From: Diplonema japonicum
Lineage: Eukaryota; Protista; Euglenozoa: Diplonemea
Direction of reading: 5' to 3'
Length of the DNA stretch: 64,000 nt
Assembly (NCBI GenBank): GCA_964019335.1
Contig: OZ025677.1
Coordinates: 434,001-498,000, forward strand
Shown here in pieces: positions 1 to 11,043 of this stretch. Numbering within the stretch: position 1 is the first letter of the stretch; each line of letters starts with the position of its first letter. The position numbers were made by a program, and so were the translations under genes. The notes under the pieces were generated by a model that saw nothing but the letters and a program-made list of their open reading frames with translations, did no database searches and had not been told where the DNA came from.

Positions 1-3000
1 CCAAGAGTTCCTTTCATCTCCACACACCCCAATGGGTGCGTCTGGTACCCAACAGGCGTGTCATCAGTGATGCCGAACGCCATGCTGCATCCTGGAGACA
101 ACGCCTTCACAAGGAAGTTGCATGAAGCAGGCTCGCCGTCCTGTACATCGATGACCTCTTTCGTGAGCAGCGTGAAGGGTTCGTTCGACCTGGAGGTGGC
201 CGTCTTGCAGTCGTCGGAAAGCTCCACCGTGTGCAGAGGGATAAAGTGCAGCCCTACTATTGGATCGTATGCTTTACGGGATATCTTGAGCGGCGAATCG
301 TGACGTCGTGCGGGAGACTTACTTGAGGGCCGGTCGACAGGATGGGTGCCCCCGTCAAAAGCAGGCATCACATCCATCCAAACACTGCCACGGTACTGGT
401 TGCTTCCGCCCTTGTCCCACCGCACTGTGTACACGCTCTCTGTGGCTTCGGTGATGACGCCTTCTTCACCTGCACCCCCGTCTTGTTCACCCCACTTCCA
501 CGTTGGGCCACGAATAACTCTCATCCCTGGTTGCATACTAATCACAACACCGTTGCAGTACGGGCATAGCAGGTACTGATGTGCGGAGCAGCTCATGACT
601 ACCGACCCCAATGGCAAGTCTACGCCGCACCCACCGCACACCGTGCTATCGTTCACCACGACAATTCTCTTCAAACAGCACCCTTTCCAGCACCTCCTTC
701 GGTACTCAACTGGGATAACATACATTGCGTACAGAAGCTCCAGTCCATCCACACGCACAGTCACGCCACCCTCTGTCACGCTTGATATGACCCCCGCCTG
801 CTCGGTGATCTTCAGACACTCTTCTTCATAGCACTCCATGGCTTCAATAAGAGGTACGCTGCTCTTGGGAAGTACTATTGAGATATCTTTGCACACGCTG
901 GACACAAAGGACTGATTGGGCAATGGAAGGGGCACCTTAGGTACGAAAGCGGGGTCGCACACAATCTCCACTTTGTCGTTCTCGGAGAGCAGCGACACAC
1001 CGAACCTGAAAAGATCCTTGACAGTGAACTGAGAGTTGACAACACGCCCGTTTACACTTATGCAGAGCACTGTCGAGGGTAGCACAGCAAGCCCAATGAC
1101 ATCACCTTCTTGCAACTTGGGGCACGCTGGCAATTGCACAGAGTTCCGTGCGTGGTCGATGGAGCAGCCGTCAATAGTGCTCTTGAAGCCGAGGGTATCC
1201 CCAACATGTCCGAGATCTGCAGTCAAGAACCCTACGGGTGTCTCATCTGTGATTCCCATAACGATGCCACCAGATGCAGCGATATTGACAATCTTGATAT
1301 AGCACGCGACCCTATCCTCCGAAGCTTCCGAGACCTGGTCAGTGACTGCTGTCCCGCATGGCCTACCACCGGCAGTGAGAAGTTTCCCACAGCAAGACAC
1401 CTCTACAGTGGTATTGAGCTTCGAAAAGGTGAATCCTTGTTCCCCTGGTGGGTCTACAGGGAGGTCGTAGGTAGTGATGTCTTCTTGGGGTATGGGACAC
1501 CGTCGAAGGGTGGCTATCTGCTCGTTGTAAATGCAGCCCATGTGAGCGGGCCACACATCCGCGTAAGGGTACGTCCTGTACGTGCGTACGTTTTCATTGC
1601 CTTCCCATCTCACATGCACGTGACTGTCAGTACACTGCACCACCTTCCCTTTGTTGAAAGGGAGGATGTCCTCTTCCTGGTGTCTCCATGTTGGGCCGCG
1701 CACTACCTCGCACCCTACCTCGATTGCTTCGGGAGTACCATTGCAGTATTGACACAAGTCGAAGTTGTGGACAACGCACAAGTGCACCGTCGAGCCTACC
1801 GGAAGCTGTGTGTAGCATGCCCCACAGTAGTGCGTCTGGGATGTGACCTCTGATGTAGTTAATGGGCAATCCGCGTAGCAGTACCGCTTGACGCCTTGTG
1901 GGAACACGTTGTAGTCGAAGACGTAAGTCTGCAACCCGAAATTCAACTTGACCATGTCTTTGTAGCAGCCCGCGACGAGGGCTATCTTTCCAAGCACCCC
2001 ACGCATCGGGGCGCTGTATGAGCAGGTCATCAATTTGATGCGCGGAGTGTAACAAGGAGCACGAATTTCGTAAGAAGCTTTCAAGTGCTGGCCTGCGCTA
2101 TTGTCCTCTGTGCTGCCCTGACTTGCTGATTCGTGTGGGCCGCCCTCGTCCTCACTGAAGCCTTCCAGTAAGGGTGTAACATCTTGGTACGGAGGCGGGC
2201 GATATTGATACACTTTTCCGGACGAGCTGCAATCCCATTCCACACTGCACCACCCATTGCTGTTCACGGCCGTGACAGTCCCCGCCCGCTCATTCGTGGT
2301 CTGTGACCGTCCATCTTGGTCCCCCCAAGTCCACGTGGGGCCCCTTACCACACGCAACCCGGGGTATATTTCCGTCTTGTGGCCCATGCAATAGAGGCAG
2401 AGGTCGAAGTCATGTGTCGGGCAGCAATACACATCAGATCCAGCGGGACAGCTCAGCCCACAACCGTCGCATGCTCGTGTGGCGCAAGACATGTGGTACT
2501 CCTGAAGCACACAGCCACCAATCGGACAGTGCCTCTCAACACTTTTGTCAAACAAATAGTAATCCCAGGAAGTACACATGTCTTCACCGAAGATCCTGAG
2601 GTTGACAGCTTCATCGAGGCTTTCGATGGTCGCTGGAAGACCGCACAGACCAGCATGCGATTCGGGAATAAGTCGGCTCTCATGAGGTGTCAGGATACAG
2701 GAACCTATCGTTAAAACCTGTGCTTCCACATCAACAGCGGCAGGTGGCGGGGGAGTAGCTGGTCTGACTACTTCGACACAAGCATCTGTCAGTGAGAGCC
2801 CAAAACGGAAGCCTCCTTCCACGGTCGCCGTGCACTGAGGGATGGTAATGTCGTTGATGGCCACCACAATCTTCTTCGCCCATGAGACACGTACGGAGAC
2901 CACGTCGCCTACCTGTAGCACAGGTGCCTCCTCTATCCTGCTGCCTTCTCCGTTTGCGAGCATAAACAAAGCTGGCCCCCGTGCCATCAACGCTATGCTG

Positions 3001-4544
3001 CCTTTCAAAAGTCCGATAGTCTGTGTGTCAAACCCCACAGGCGTCTCAGGTGTCACACCAAATCCGCACACTCCGCTTCCGTGCCGCTCAATGCTGAAAT
3101 AGATTGTGTAGTTACCCGTGCCAGAAGTCATGGTTTCCTTGGTGACAACTGTACTTTGCGATTGGCTAGTTATCGTAACTCTTTTGCCGGAGTTGGTGAC
3201 GGTGGAAGAGTCGGAGGATATCATTGTAAACCCGCGGGAAGGACTTAGTGGTTTAAAGGGAAGCTTCTGTGCAGTGAGCATATCAGGGCGGACTCTATCA
3301 ACCCACGTAGATGGCTTGGGGCAGTCTGTGACAGAGAGAAATGCGACCCTCTGCCCCTCACGTGTGAGAGACGCGCCAAATCTATAGGTTGAAGGGACAG
3401 AGAAGGAGCAGTTCACGACAACACCGTTGATACTGAAGATGATGCACCCATTGTCGTCCACTGTAACGCCCACAGTGTCGCCTTCTTGAAGCTCAGGACA
3501 GGGCAGCTCAGTGACCTTCCCCATGCTCAGTATAATGCATCCGTCACTGCGAGAGATCAGTCCTGTTGTTCCCCGGAATGCACCAGTCCCAAGCGCATGG
3601 TGTGTGAACCCCACAGGCGAACCATCTGTTACCCCGAACCCAACAGGCCCATTTGCCTGCCTTTCGATTGTGAAGCTACATGACACAGCTTCCATGTCGT
3701 CGGCATCAAGCACCTCCTTCGTCACGACAGTGCACTCATTTGACTTGGTGCTGGTTGCTGTCCTGCAGTCGTCGGAGACCGACGCGTTCTTTAATATTTC
3801 CGCAAAGTGGAAGCCTTTTGAAGGATTGTACACCTTCTTCGGTAACGCCTTTGCGGCAGCAAGCTGAAGCGCTGCTTGTTGCGCCTCTTCTTGACCTTTA
3901 CGTGCTTCTCTGTTGAGCTGCTTCATCTCCTCCAGCTTTTCGTTGACCACAATACCTCCCCCGTAAACTGGTACTACGTCCTGGTACGAGCCTGTCCGGT
4001 ATTTGTTGACTTCTCCGCTGGCCCACAGAACTTCAACCCAGTGACCGTTTGTGTCAAGGTCTATGATGCGGCCTTCTTTGTATGCACCACCATCTTGATT
4101 GTTCCATTTCCATGTTGGGCCCCTGGTGACTCTCTGCTCGAGATCTAAAGAGATGGGCAGCCCAGCGCAGGAGAGGCATAAATCGAATTTGTGTTCTGAA
4201 CAAGTGAGGAGAGGGGCGTCGGTAGGGATCTGCGAGAGGCAAGAGTCACAGGTGTAAATAGGCTTGGTAGTGGTGGAGCGTGTCAACAGACAGCCCATGA
4301 AGCACATCCTCGTCACCTCATCGCCAAACGTGTCGTAGTCAAACTTGTAGCTCTCGCTGCCGAAATTCAAGACAACGAACGCCATCTCTGTCCGTTCAAC
4401 GAGGCCCACCCTCCCTAATACCTTCCGTGTGTCCTGCCACCCACATCTCATTTCAATGACTCTTTCCAGCCCGCCAGGGGCCCTCACTTCCTCCCCGACA
4501 CGGAGTAACGTATTCTCGCATTCCTCCGCATGCGGCCCCGCCAT
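1..4544 (-). CDS. Large repeat protein (>1514 aa, runs off window start): 4x Cys-rich ZZ-like finger + MIB/HERC2 domain interspersed with 4 SPRY/B30.2-like domains; probable ubiquitin-ligase-type scaffold
   Basis: ATG at 4544 (MAGPHAEEC...). Same frame confirmed by hand at ~4100, ~2350, ~1810 and 3-90. MIB/HERC2 motifs VTRGPTWKWNNQDGG, VVRGPTWTWGDQDG, VVRGPTWRHQEED, VIRGPTWKWGEQDGG. Fingers CxxC...C..H.(F/Y)(D/L)LC..C. Absent from the ORF track, presumably because no stop falls inside the window. Confidence 0.85.
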   Translation of the reverse strand, partial: MAGPHAEECENTLLRVGEEVRAPGGLERVIEMRCGWQDTRKVLGRVGLVERTEMAFVVLNFGSESYKFDYDTFGDEVTRMCFMGCLLTRSTTTKPIYTCDSCLSQIPTDAPLLTCSEHKFDLCLSCAGLPISLDLEQRVTRGPTWKWNNQDGGAYKEGRIIDLDTNGHWVEVLWASGEVNKYRTGSYQDVVPVYGGGIVVNEKLEEMKQLNREARKGQEEAQQAALQLAAAKALPKKVYNPSKGFHFAEILKNASVSDDCRTATSTKSNECTVVTKEVLDADDMEAVSCSFTIERQANGPVGFGVTDGSPVGFTHHALGTGAFRGTTGLISRSDGCIILSMGKVTELPCPELQEGDTVGVTVDDNGCIIFSINGVVVNCSFSVPSTYRFGASLTREGQRVAFLSVTDCPKPSTWVDRVRPDMLTAQKLPFKPLSPSRGFTMISSDSSTVTNSGKRVTITSQSQSTVVTKETMTSGTGNYTIYFSIERHGSGVCGFGVTPETPVGFDTQTIGLLKGSIALMARGPALFMLANGEGSRIEEAPVLQVGDVVSVRVSWAKKIVVAINDITIPQCTATVEGGFRFGLSLTDACVEVVRPATPPPPAAVDVEAQVLTIGSCILTPHESRLIPESHAGLCGLPATIESLDEAVNLRIFGEDMCTSWDYYLFDKSVERHCPIGGCVLQEYHMSCATRACDGCGLSCPAGSDVYCCPTHDFDLCLYCMGHKTEIYPGLRVVRGPTWTWGDQDGRSQTTNERAGTVTAVNSNGWCSVEWDCSSSGKVYQYRPPPYQDVTPLLEGFSEDEGGPHESASQGSTEDNSAGQHLKASYEIRAPCYTPRIKLMTCSYSAPMRGVLGKIALVAGCYKDMVKLNFGLQTYVFDYNVFPQGVKRYCYADCPLTTSEVTSQTHYCGACYTQLPVGSTVHLCVVHNFDLCQYCNGTPEAIEVGCEVVRGPTWRHQEEDILPFNKGKVVQCTDSHVHVRWEGNENVRTYRTYPYADVWPAHMGCIYNEQIATLRRCPIPQEDITTYDLPVDPPGEQGFTFSKLNTTVEVSCCGKLLTAGGRPCGTAVTDQVSEASEDRVACYIKIVNIAASGGIVMGITDETPVGFLTADLGHVGDTLGFKSTIDGCSIDHARNSVQLPACPKLQEGDVIGLAVLPSTVLCISVNGRVVNSQFTVKDLFRFGVSLLSENDKVEIVCDPAFVPKVPLPLPNQSFVSSVCKDISIVLPKSSVPLIEAMECYEEECLKITEQAGVISSVTEGGVTVRVDGLELLYAMYVIPVEYRRRCWKGCCLKRIVVVNDSTVCGGCGVDLPLGSVVMSCSAHQYLLCPYCNGVVISMQPGMRVIRGPTWKWGEQDGGAGEEGVITEATESVYTVRWDKGGSNQYRGSVWMDVMPAFDGGTHPVDRPSSKSPARRHDSPLKISRKAYDPIVGLHFIPLHTVELSDDCKTATSRSNEPFTLLTKEVIDVQDGEPASCNFLVKALSPGCSMAFGITDDTPVGYQTHPLGCVEMKGTL

Positions 4545-4629
4545 TGCACCTTACCTTTTGGTATAAAATACCCAGAAAATAGAACAAAAAGAGAATGAAG
4601 AAAAAAAGCTTTTTTTTTTTTGTTACACG

Positions 4630-5238
4630 CTAGTAAAGGGTGTTGTAAGTCATCACGATGGCGAAGAATAAGACGATCTGATGGAGCTTGATGCCGTCGA
4701 GCTTCTTAGCTACCGTAGGGTAACTGGTTACCCGTGTGACGAGGAAGAGGATGAGAGCAGAGGCGATCAGAGTCCCGAGGGACAGCTGATAGACGCTGTA
4801 CGTATGAGACATGAGGAGGAGGGGGAAGTACATAAACTCATCGATAGCACCGATGAGCGTGGTGCTTGCGACAGTGAAGATCAGCATCGAGTTGCTAGTC
4901 GGAGGGGGTAAAGGGAGATTGGTGTCAAGCGAGGAATATCCTTCCCGCCTCTTCTTCGTTACTTCCTTTGCAAACAAAATTATCACAAGAATCCAACACA
5001 GCCCGACAGCCACCTTCTCGATCACGGTGTTGTTTGACATTAGCCCCCCTGCAGTGACCAGCCCTGTGGTCACCATGCTTGCTATCCAGCAAAGCCACAC
5101 GGCAGCCTGTAGCGTAGCCATGAATGCTACACAGATTGCCGTCTTCCCATCTTCTTGAGCCATCATTGGAGTGAGCCACAGCATGTCATCCCCCGTCGTG
5201 ACCAGCACCAGTAACGCTGCACTGAGGATCGCAAACAT
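4630..5238 (-). CDS. Multi-pass membrane protein, CadD/LysE-translocator-like
   Basis: 202 aa, ~5-6 hydrophobic helices. Twin motifs TTGDD.LW and GAIDE.MYFPL resemble the two conserved acidic motifs of cadmium-resistance (Cad) transporters. Confidence 0.6.
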   Translation of the reverse strand: MFAILSAALLVLVTTGDDMLWLTPMMAQEDGKTAICVAFMATLQAAVWLCWIASMVTTGLVTAGGLMSNNTVIEKVAVGLCWILVIILFAKEVTKKRREGYSSLDTNLPLPPPTSNSMLIFTVASTTLIGAIDEFMYFPLLLMSHTYSVYQLSLGTLIASALILFLVTRVTSYPTVAKKLDGIKLHQIVLFFAIVMTYNTLY

Positions 5239-5333
5239 CTTTGCTTGTTTATTAAAAGAAGAGTACTGCTAGTAGGGGGGGCACGATATGACATTGACAG
5301 CGGAAATAAAGGTACAACTTAGAAACTATAAAC

Positions 5334-7148
5334 CTAACCGGGCCATGATGCCTCGCCTGCAGGCTTTCGTTCTTCGACACGCAGCCTCCGCTCACCTTTG
5401 CTGGTGCTGACAAAATTCAACTGCTTCACGGCTGACTCGTAGCTGAAGTGAAGAGATCCTGAGAATTGGTTCTTAAACACCTCGTTGCAGATGGACTTCG
5501 CAGAGAAGAGGATGCCTATGGCATGGGACCCGGTGATCTTGTTGTAGGCGACGGTGTTGACGAGGCTGGGGTGGAAATCAATATCAGTGGCACCAGCGTC
5601 GTCAGACGCATCAGACATGAGCAGCAAGGCGGGGAAGCGGATAGGGGAGCGCTTGTCTCGGTCGTTGTCCTGCAGCCTGTTGTCCAGAAGCATGTTGAAG
5701 AAGCATGACCGCACGCACTTGATGCCGCCCCCGAAGCACTCGATGATATTGTTCGTCATCACCAAGTTGTGCAGTGCGTTGTCAATGGACACTCCCGGCA
5801 GCTTGTAAATAGTCCCGTTGCGCCCCACCCTGGCGTCGGGCACCTCCTGCTGAAGTACCTCCTTTCTCGCTGTGTTCCTGTGCCCACACGCCGTCACAGT
5901 GTTGTCCATGATTATATTGAAAGATGACCCTCCGTCCACGCAGATGCCTTCCTTCGAGCTGTTGTAGACACGGTTCTCAACAACAACACACCCCACAGCG
6001 CCATCCAGGTAGATGCCTTGCCCGGAGGACGACACGATCTTGTTTTGAGAGATGATGATGTTGTATGGGTACGACCGGCGGGCCCGCAATGAGTGGACAG
6101 GATGGTGGTGCAGGCTGCGGGCTAGAAGCTTTGCGACGCCCTGGCGGATGTCTGCCTGCCTGTAGGTGACGACAACTGCTGCGTACCAGTTAGCTTGACC
6201 GGAGGACCCGGTTATCGTGTTGTTCGCAATCAGCGACGCTGCCGAGGACCCCTGGACAATGACACCACCTGACCCGGGTGTGTGGAAGTGGTTGCGTGTG
6301 ACGCACGCCAGCGAAGTGTGTGAAACAACAACGGAGGCCTGGTCGGAATAGGTAAAGGTGCTGTCAGAGATACTAATCTTTGACGAATTGAAGATGAGGA
6401 CAAACCCCGTGCGGTGATCACCGTCGCTTTCGTAGAAGGCAGGAGGGGATCGCGGGGAAGGAAAGGAAAGGAAAAGGTTCCTGAGCGACACGTTCTCACA
6501 GTTCTCGACACGCAGGGCGTATGGCCGACCGCGCATGTTGCTCACGATGATGGGAAGCGAGTCGAAATCGATGACAACGTTGGTGAGGTTGACGAAGAGG
6601 AGCACGTCCTCATAAAGGCGGACGGCAGGGGCACTGTGGCTTGCTTTTAATCTGACGTGCCTGTCGGACGCAACGTGCCGCATGACTGCCTCAACACGTC
6701 GAACATTCGAAACCACATGCACAACGGAGTGCATGGTAGAGGTCGCCATAGCGCTGCAATGTGCCTCAAGCAGGCCGGACTCCTCCCATGCGGTAGCGGT
6801 GCCTTCAAGTGTCCTCCCATGGTTCTCGAGGGACTGATATGTTTGCGACTTTTTCACAACATTCGCGATGGCAGTGTCACAAGTGTTATCAGGGTGCCTG
6901 CCTTGACCTCTAAACGGTGGGAGCCGGTATGCCCCTAACAGCCTGTCGAGCACTTTGCCTTGAGAGTTCCCCCTGCTGAGTAAAAAGCCATCGCCCTCTA
7001 GTAGGTCCGCTATCCCCATATCCGTTCTGTTCCTGGGGCTTCCCCACACCGCAGTGCTTGTATCTAGTGAACCTTGCGAGGCTATGATGTACCACAACAC
7101 ACTACATATCAAAAGTGCCGTGGCCGTGTATTGCCGGCTGCTTGGCAT
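5334..7148 (-). CDS. Right-handed parallel beta-helix (pectin-lyase-like) protein with N-terminal membrane anchor
   Basis: Probable start MPSSRQY at 7148; the upstream ORF extension is low-complexity UTR. TM segment ALLICSVLWYII; repeated I..N.I / GI.(L/V)DG beta-helix turns. Confidence 0.8.
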   Translation of the reverse strand: MPSSRQYTATALLICSVLWYIIASQGSLDTSTAVWGSPRNRTDMGIADLLEGDGFLLSRGNSQGKVLDRLLGAYRLPPFRGQGRHPDNTCDTAIANVVKKSQTYQSLENHGRTLEGTATAWEESGLLEAHCSAMATSTMHSVVHVVSNVRRVEAVMRHVASDRHVRLKASHSAPAVRLYEDVLLFVNLTNVVIDFDSLPIIVSNMRGRPYALRVENCENVSLRNLFLSFPSPRSPPAFYESDGDHRTGFVLIFNSSKISISDSTFTYSDQASVVVSHTSLACVTRNHFHTPGSGGVIVQGSSAASLIANNTITGSSGQANWYAAVVVTYRQADIRQGVAKLLARSLHHHPVHSLRARRSYPYNIIISQNKIVSSSGQGIYLDGAVGCVVVENRVYNSSKEGICVDGGSSFNIIMDNTVTACGHRNTARKEVLQQEVPDARVGRNGTIYKLPGVSIDNALHNLVMTNNIIECFGGGIKCVRSCFFNMLLDNRLQDNDRDKRSPIRFPALLLMSDASDDAGATDIDFHPSLVNTVAYNKITGSHAIGILFSAKSICNEVFKNQFSGSLHFSYESAVKQLNFVSTSKGERRLRVEERKPAGEASWPG

Positions 7149-7417
7149 TTTTCGATTCTCCCCCTGTTGTGGGTGTTGTTGCAGATGGTATTTTCCTTTA
7201 AATGAAACAGGAACAATAACAAAAAAGAAATAGAGAGTGGGGGGGGGGGAATTAAAAAGAGCGGAAAAGGAAGCGGGGGAAAGAAGAAATAAATAAATAC
7301 ATAAATAGACTGACACTGCAAAACATTATTTTCCCCAGGAGCGGAGGGGAGGGGAGGCGGGGTTCATAAAGAAAAGAAAATTCACTATGATAGGAACGAA
7401 GTGGTTAGCAACGGCCC

Positions 7418-7454
<37 letters not shown>

Positions 7455-7491
7455 CATAACTTTCGGAAGGTTTTCCAATTTCTTTTTTGTT

Positions 7492-7527
<36 letters not shown>

Positions 7528-7997
7528 ATGGACGGGAAAAAAAAAGTTTTTTTTTCTTTTCTTTTTTTCTTGCATCTTGGCCACAAGGACTCTTCTGCTG
7601 CTGAATGGAACTGCCGTCTGGATGATGGCCAGCTGTTGCCCAAACCGTGTGGTGGGCAGTGGAGCTTCCCTCCGTCGCTGATGTTTCTAGCCACAGCGGC
7701 CCGGCCTGCTTCGCCTAATATTTACCTGTTGCTCCGAGAAAGAAAAGAAAAAATATGACTCGGCAATAGTTATTTGTACAAGCCGGTACTGAAAAAAAAG
7801 AAAAAAAAAAAAAGCAAATAGACAGACGTGTGGTTTCTAATATTCTTCGGACACAGAATAATCTCTTTTCCACCGTTGGCCGATAGAGGGATGAAAGAAG
7901 GATCAAATACAATAATATGGTTAAAACTTGTCCTGCAGAAGTAAGTCCTTCATCGGTACGAAGAAATTACACAAGTTTAACCATTTTGAATTAATTA

Positions 7998-8359
7998 CCA
8001 GATTTGTACTTATTTTGTTCAGTAATAGTAATGTGCCGTTAAGCTAAAGCACTGTATAAATTATGTACCTTTTGTGATTTTGGACCCAACTTGCGACTTT
8101 TTAAAGGAGAGACCAGGGTGGAAGTGCACGGAATGCCCGGGTGAGCATGATATGAGGTCCTGCGACTTTTTGGTGTGCTTACGCGCAGGACTGGGCCCCC
8201 GTATTTTTATCAGAGCATTTAGTTTCTTGGGATTTTTCTATTTTTGTAAATTTTATGTTCTGTATTATTAATGGTGTTCTGCAATGTACTTCCGTGAACC
8301 CGAATTTCTTTTTGCCCAATTTGGGACTTTTTTACATAACATAATAAGTACGAATCCGG
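7998..8359. mobile_element. Non-autonomous TA-flanked (Tc1/pogo-like) MITE, same family as 60177-62144
   Basis: TA|ccagatttgtacttat ... ataagtacgaatccgg|TA. Both arms match the ends of the 60177-62144 element. Confidence 0.75.
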
Positions 8360-8361
8360 TA

Positions 8362-8491
8362 AACAGAAAATACTATACAACAAAAAATGCCGAACAGACA
8401 AAGCTGAACGGGAAAATGCCTGACACGGACAAACTCCCGGGACGCGACAAAAACCCGGACGGTAGTCCGTCCGGCATTCTTCTGTTTACAG
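8362..8491. mobile_element. Fragment of CTGTAAA...TTTACAG MITE family (cf. 47474-48729)
   Basis: Ends ttctgtttacag|TA; carries the same cccggac/gtccgg subterminal repeats. Confidence 0.55.
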
Positions 8492-11043
8492 TAATACAAG
8501 CGAAGAAAATCCCCTTTTTAACGTACTTTCGTGTACAAAAGGTGTATCAGCAGTAGTCAATAATCATTGGTAAAAGAGCCCCGTTTCTCTCCTTTTATCT
8601 TTTTCGTTCTTCATTTTTTTTTTTCTTTTTTTTTTTTTTTTTCCAAAATTTATGAGTTTAAAGGAAGAACAGTAAAGCGAGGGGCGATAAAAAAGAGAGA
8701 AAAAAAATAAAAATAAAAAAGAGGGGGAAAGGTAAAAATCTGGGAGAATGAAAAACTCAATGACCCACCTGAAAAAAAAAGTAATGTAAAGGGGGTCAGC
8801 GGAAAAAAATGTTCGGAAGCTCTGACGATTCCTTCCTGACAGTTCTCCTTAAGAGGGGGAGAGCGGGGAGGAAGTAGGTATGGCCGGGGAGACATTCTGA
8901 GGCCGAGGCTGCCGAACAAAAGGCCTAGCCACCGGACCCCGTAGATTAACCCATCTTAGCCCCCCTTTTTCTTACGGGATAGTAGTCCGTCCAGGACCCT
9001 TTTAGAAACGGTCTAAGAATGTTGCCCTGAAAGAAAGGAATCACCGGAAAGAAAGAAAATACCGGATGCTAAGCCTCGGAGAAGGATCTTCCCTTCCAGT
9101 GGTTTCCCTAAAAAGAAAGAAAAAAAAGAAAAAGAAAAGAAAAACAATACCCTTGAAAGGACGGAGTACTCTTTCTTTTTGTCTAAGGTATTTTTTGGCC
9201 ATTCAAACACTCACAAGAGTGTTGTTGTGGCTGCATGCTCGAGGATGCTTAAAATTTGCCTTTGAAAAAAAAAAAAAAAAAAGAGAGATGAAATAAAGGA
9301 GGTTACTGTTTTGGAACGTCCCCCTTGTCTCTACTTATCTACCCCTTTCTCCCTTCTGGGGCCTCGGCCTTTCTTTCTTTTTTGGCTGTGTTGCCTTTCT
9401 CAAAGTATCCTCCCTTTCTTCTTGCCACTTTCTGCCCAGTTTTTCTTAAGGTCCTTCTTGGTTTTCTCTGGAAGGAAATCGCTTTTTTTTTTTTTTTTCC
9501 GTTTTTCCGCTGCCTATTTCCCCCGTCCTTTTAAGGGTTTACAAAATTCTGGAGGGAGGGAACTGAAAGTAGCTCCCCGCTACCTCTCCAGGAAAAAAAA
9601 AGATTCGGCTGATTGTTTGTGCAAGCCGTTTTCACCTACAGTAGGGATACGGACAAGCTGCCTCTACTCTTTTTTGCAATAGCAATTCTTTTCAAAAGTT
9701 TGTTTACTTGTTCCAGCAAAAAGAAAAAAATCCTAATGTAAGCAAATCCAAAAGCGCATCTTATGTGTAGTGAAAACAGCTCGGATGGCTCAGAAACCTT
9801 TAAATTTGTTCCTAAATATGCTACTGTTACGGACACCTTAGAGATATAAAATGTGAAAAAAAAAGAAAAAATGAAAAAAAAAAAACTGATTGCCAAATAA
9901 ATAAAAGAATAATGATAGTACAAGTAAAAAGAAAATAGAAAAGAAAGGGGGAAGTTAAGGGGTTAACTTGGTTTGGCTTTCAGAAGAGTAACGCATTACT
10001 AGAAACAAGGACTAACTGGTTTCTTTTTCAATTTTTATTTCTTTTCTTCCCCCTTCCACATATCTTCTCTGATTAAAAAAAAATTGCAAAATATAGGCCA
10101 GTTTTTCTTTTTTTTTTTATATGTAAGTCAGGCGTGCGCACGCTTCAGGTAAGCATTTTAGGGACTCCACCAATTGCTTTGTTTTCAAATAATTTAAAAC
10201 GATTTCAGACTTTTCTTTTTTTTTTTTGCTTCACACCCTCTAGGGACGCAACATATAAAAAAACTGGCCGTATATCAGCATCTGGAGAAATCAACAACAA
10301 AGGGGGCTTAAAGAACTAAGTTAAAAATTCTCATGAAAGTTAACGCAAGGGAGGGGAGGGGGAGGAGGGGAAGGGGAACACTTCTTTCTCCTTCGTCTTC
10401 TCTTTGCAAGCTCGTACGCCCTCATCTAAGGGGGGCACCTTCTGCGCGCATAAAGGGGATGGGGCGACGGTGTTTATTTTATGGTACTCTTTCTTACTTT
10501 TTTTTTTCTCTTTTTTTTCTCTTCCCCCTCTTCCGTCCCTGAGGAATGCCTGCCGAAGAGACACCGCATTCGAGGAAACATAAAAGGGGAATCTTCTTTA
10601 GTGTTGAAACTGAGGAAGAAGAAAAAGAAAAAAAAAAGAAGAATGGGCGAGTTATTCCTTGTTGGTGAGCAACAACGTAAACTATTATACGGCAGTAGAC
10701 ATCAACGCCTTTAACAATTATTTCATTCTTTTTTCTTGTGCCGAGCAAAGAAATCTCTAACTTTTTACGGTTTCTTTTTACATTGCTTTTCTTTCTGCAT
10801 CCCGCTTGCTTTCTTTTTCCTCTTTTTTTGCCCCGAGCGAAAAAAACGCTCACAAGCTTCAAAGCTATTCCAAAAGCAGACAATGCAAATATTTCAAAAC
10901 TGCTACAGCAAATCGCCTATCTATCTAACACCTGGGAGGGGGGGGGGGGAAGGAATGGAAGGAAAGGGAAAAAAAAAAGAAAAAAAAACCAAAACAAAGC
11001 TCGTAACAAAAAAAAAAGAAAAAAAAAAGAAAACGAAAGAATT

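Noticed and set aside
58-4242. Numerous short ORFs in the track
   Set aside because: Shadows or alternate frames of the long minus-strand CDS 1-4544.
5303-5332. Possible relic SL (atagtttct-aagt-tgtacctttatt) upstream of the CadD-like gene
   Set aside because: Needs two insertions in AT-rich sequence; not distinguishable from chance by eye.
7401-7416. 16-mer tggttagcaacggccc upstream of two genes (also at 21682)
   Set aside because: Only two copies, at different distances from the genes; probably a TE scrap.
7620-7682. C/D-box snoRNA-like ATGATG...CTGA
   Set aside because: Imperfect box C, opposite to the transcribed strand, and no recognisable guide.
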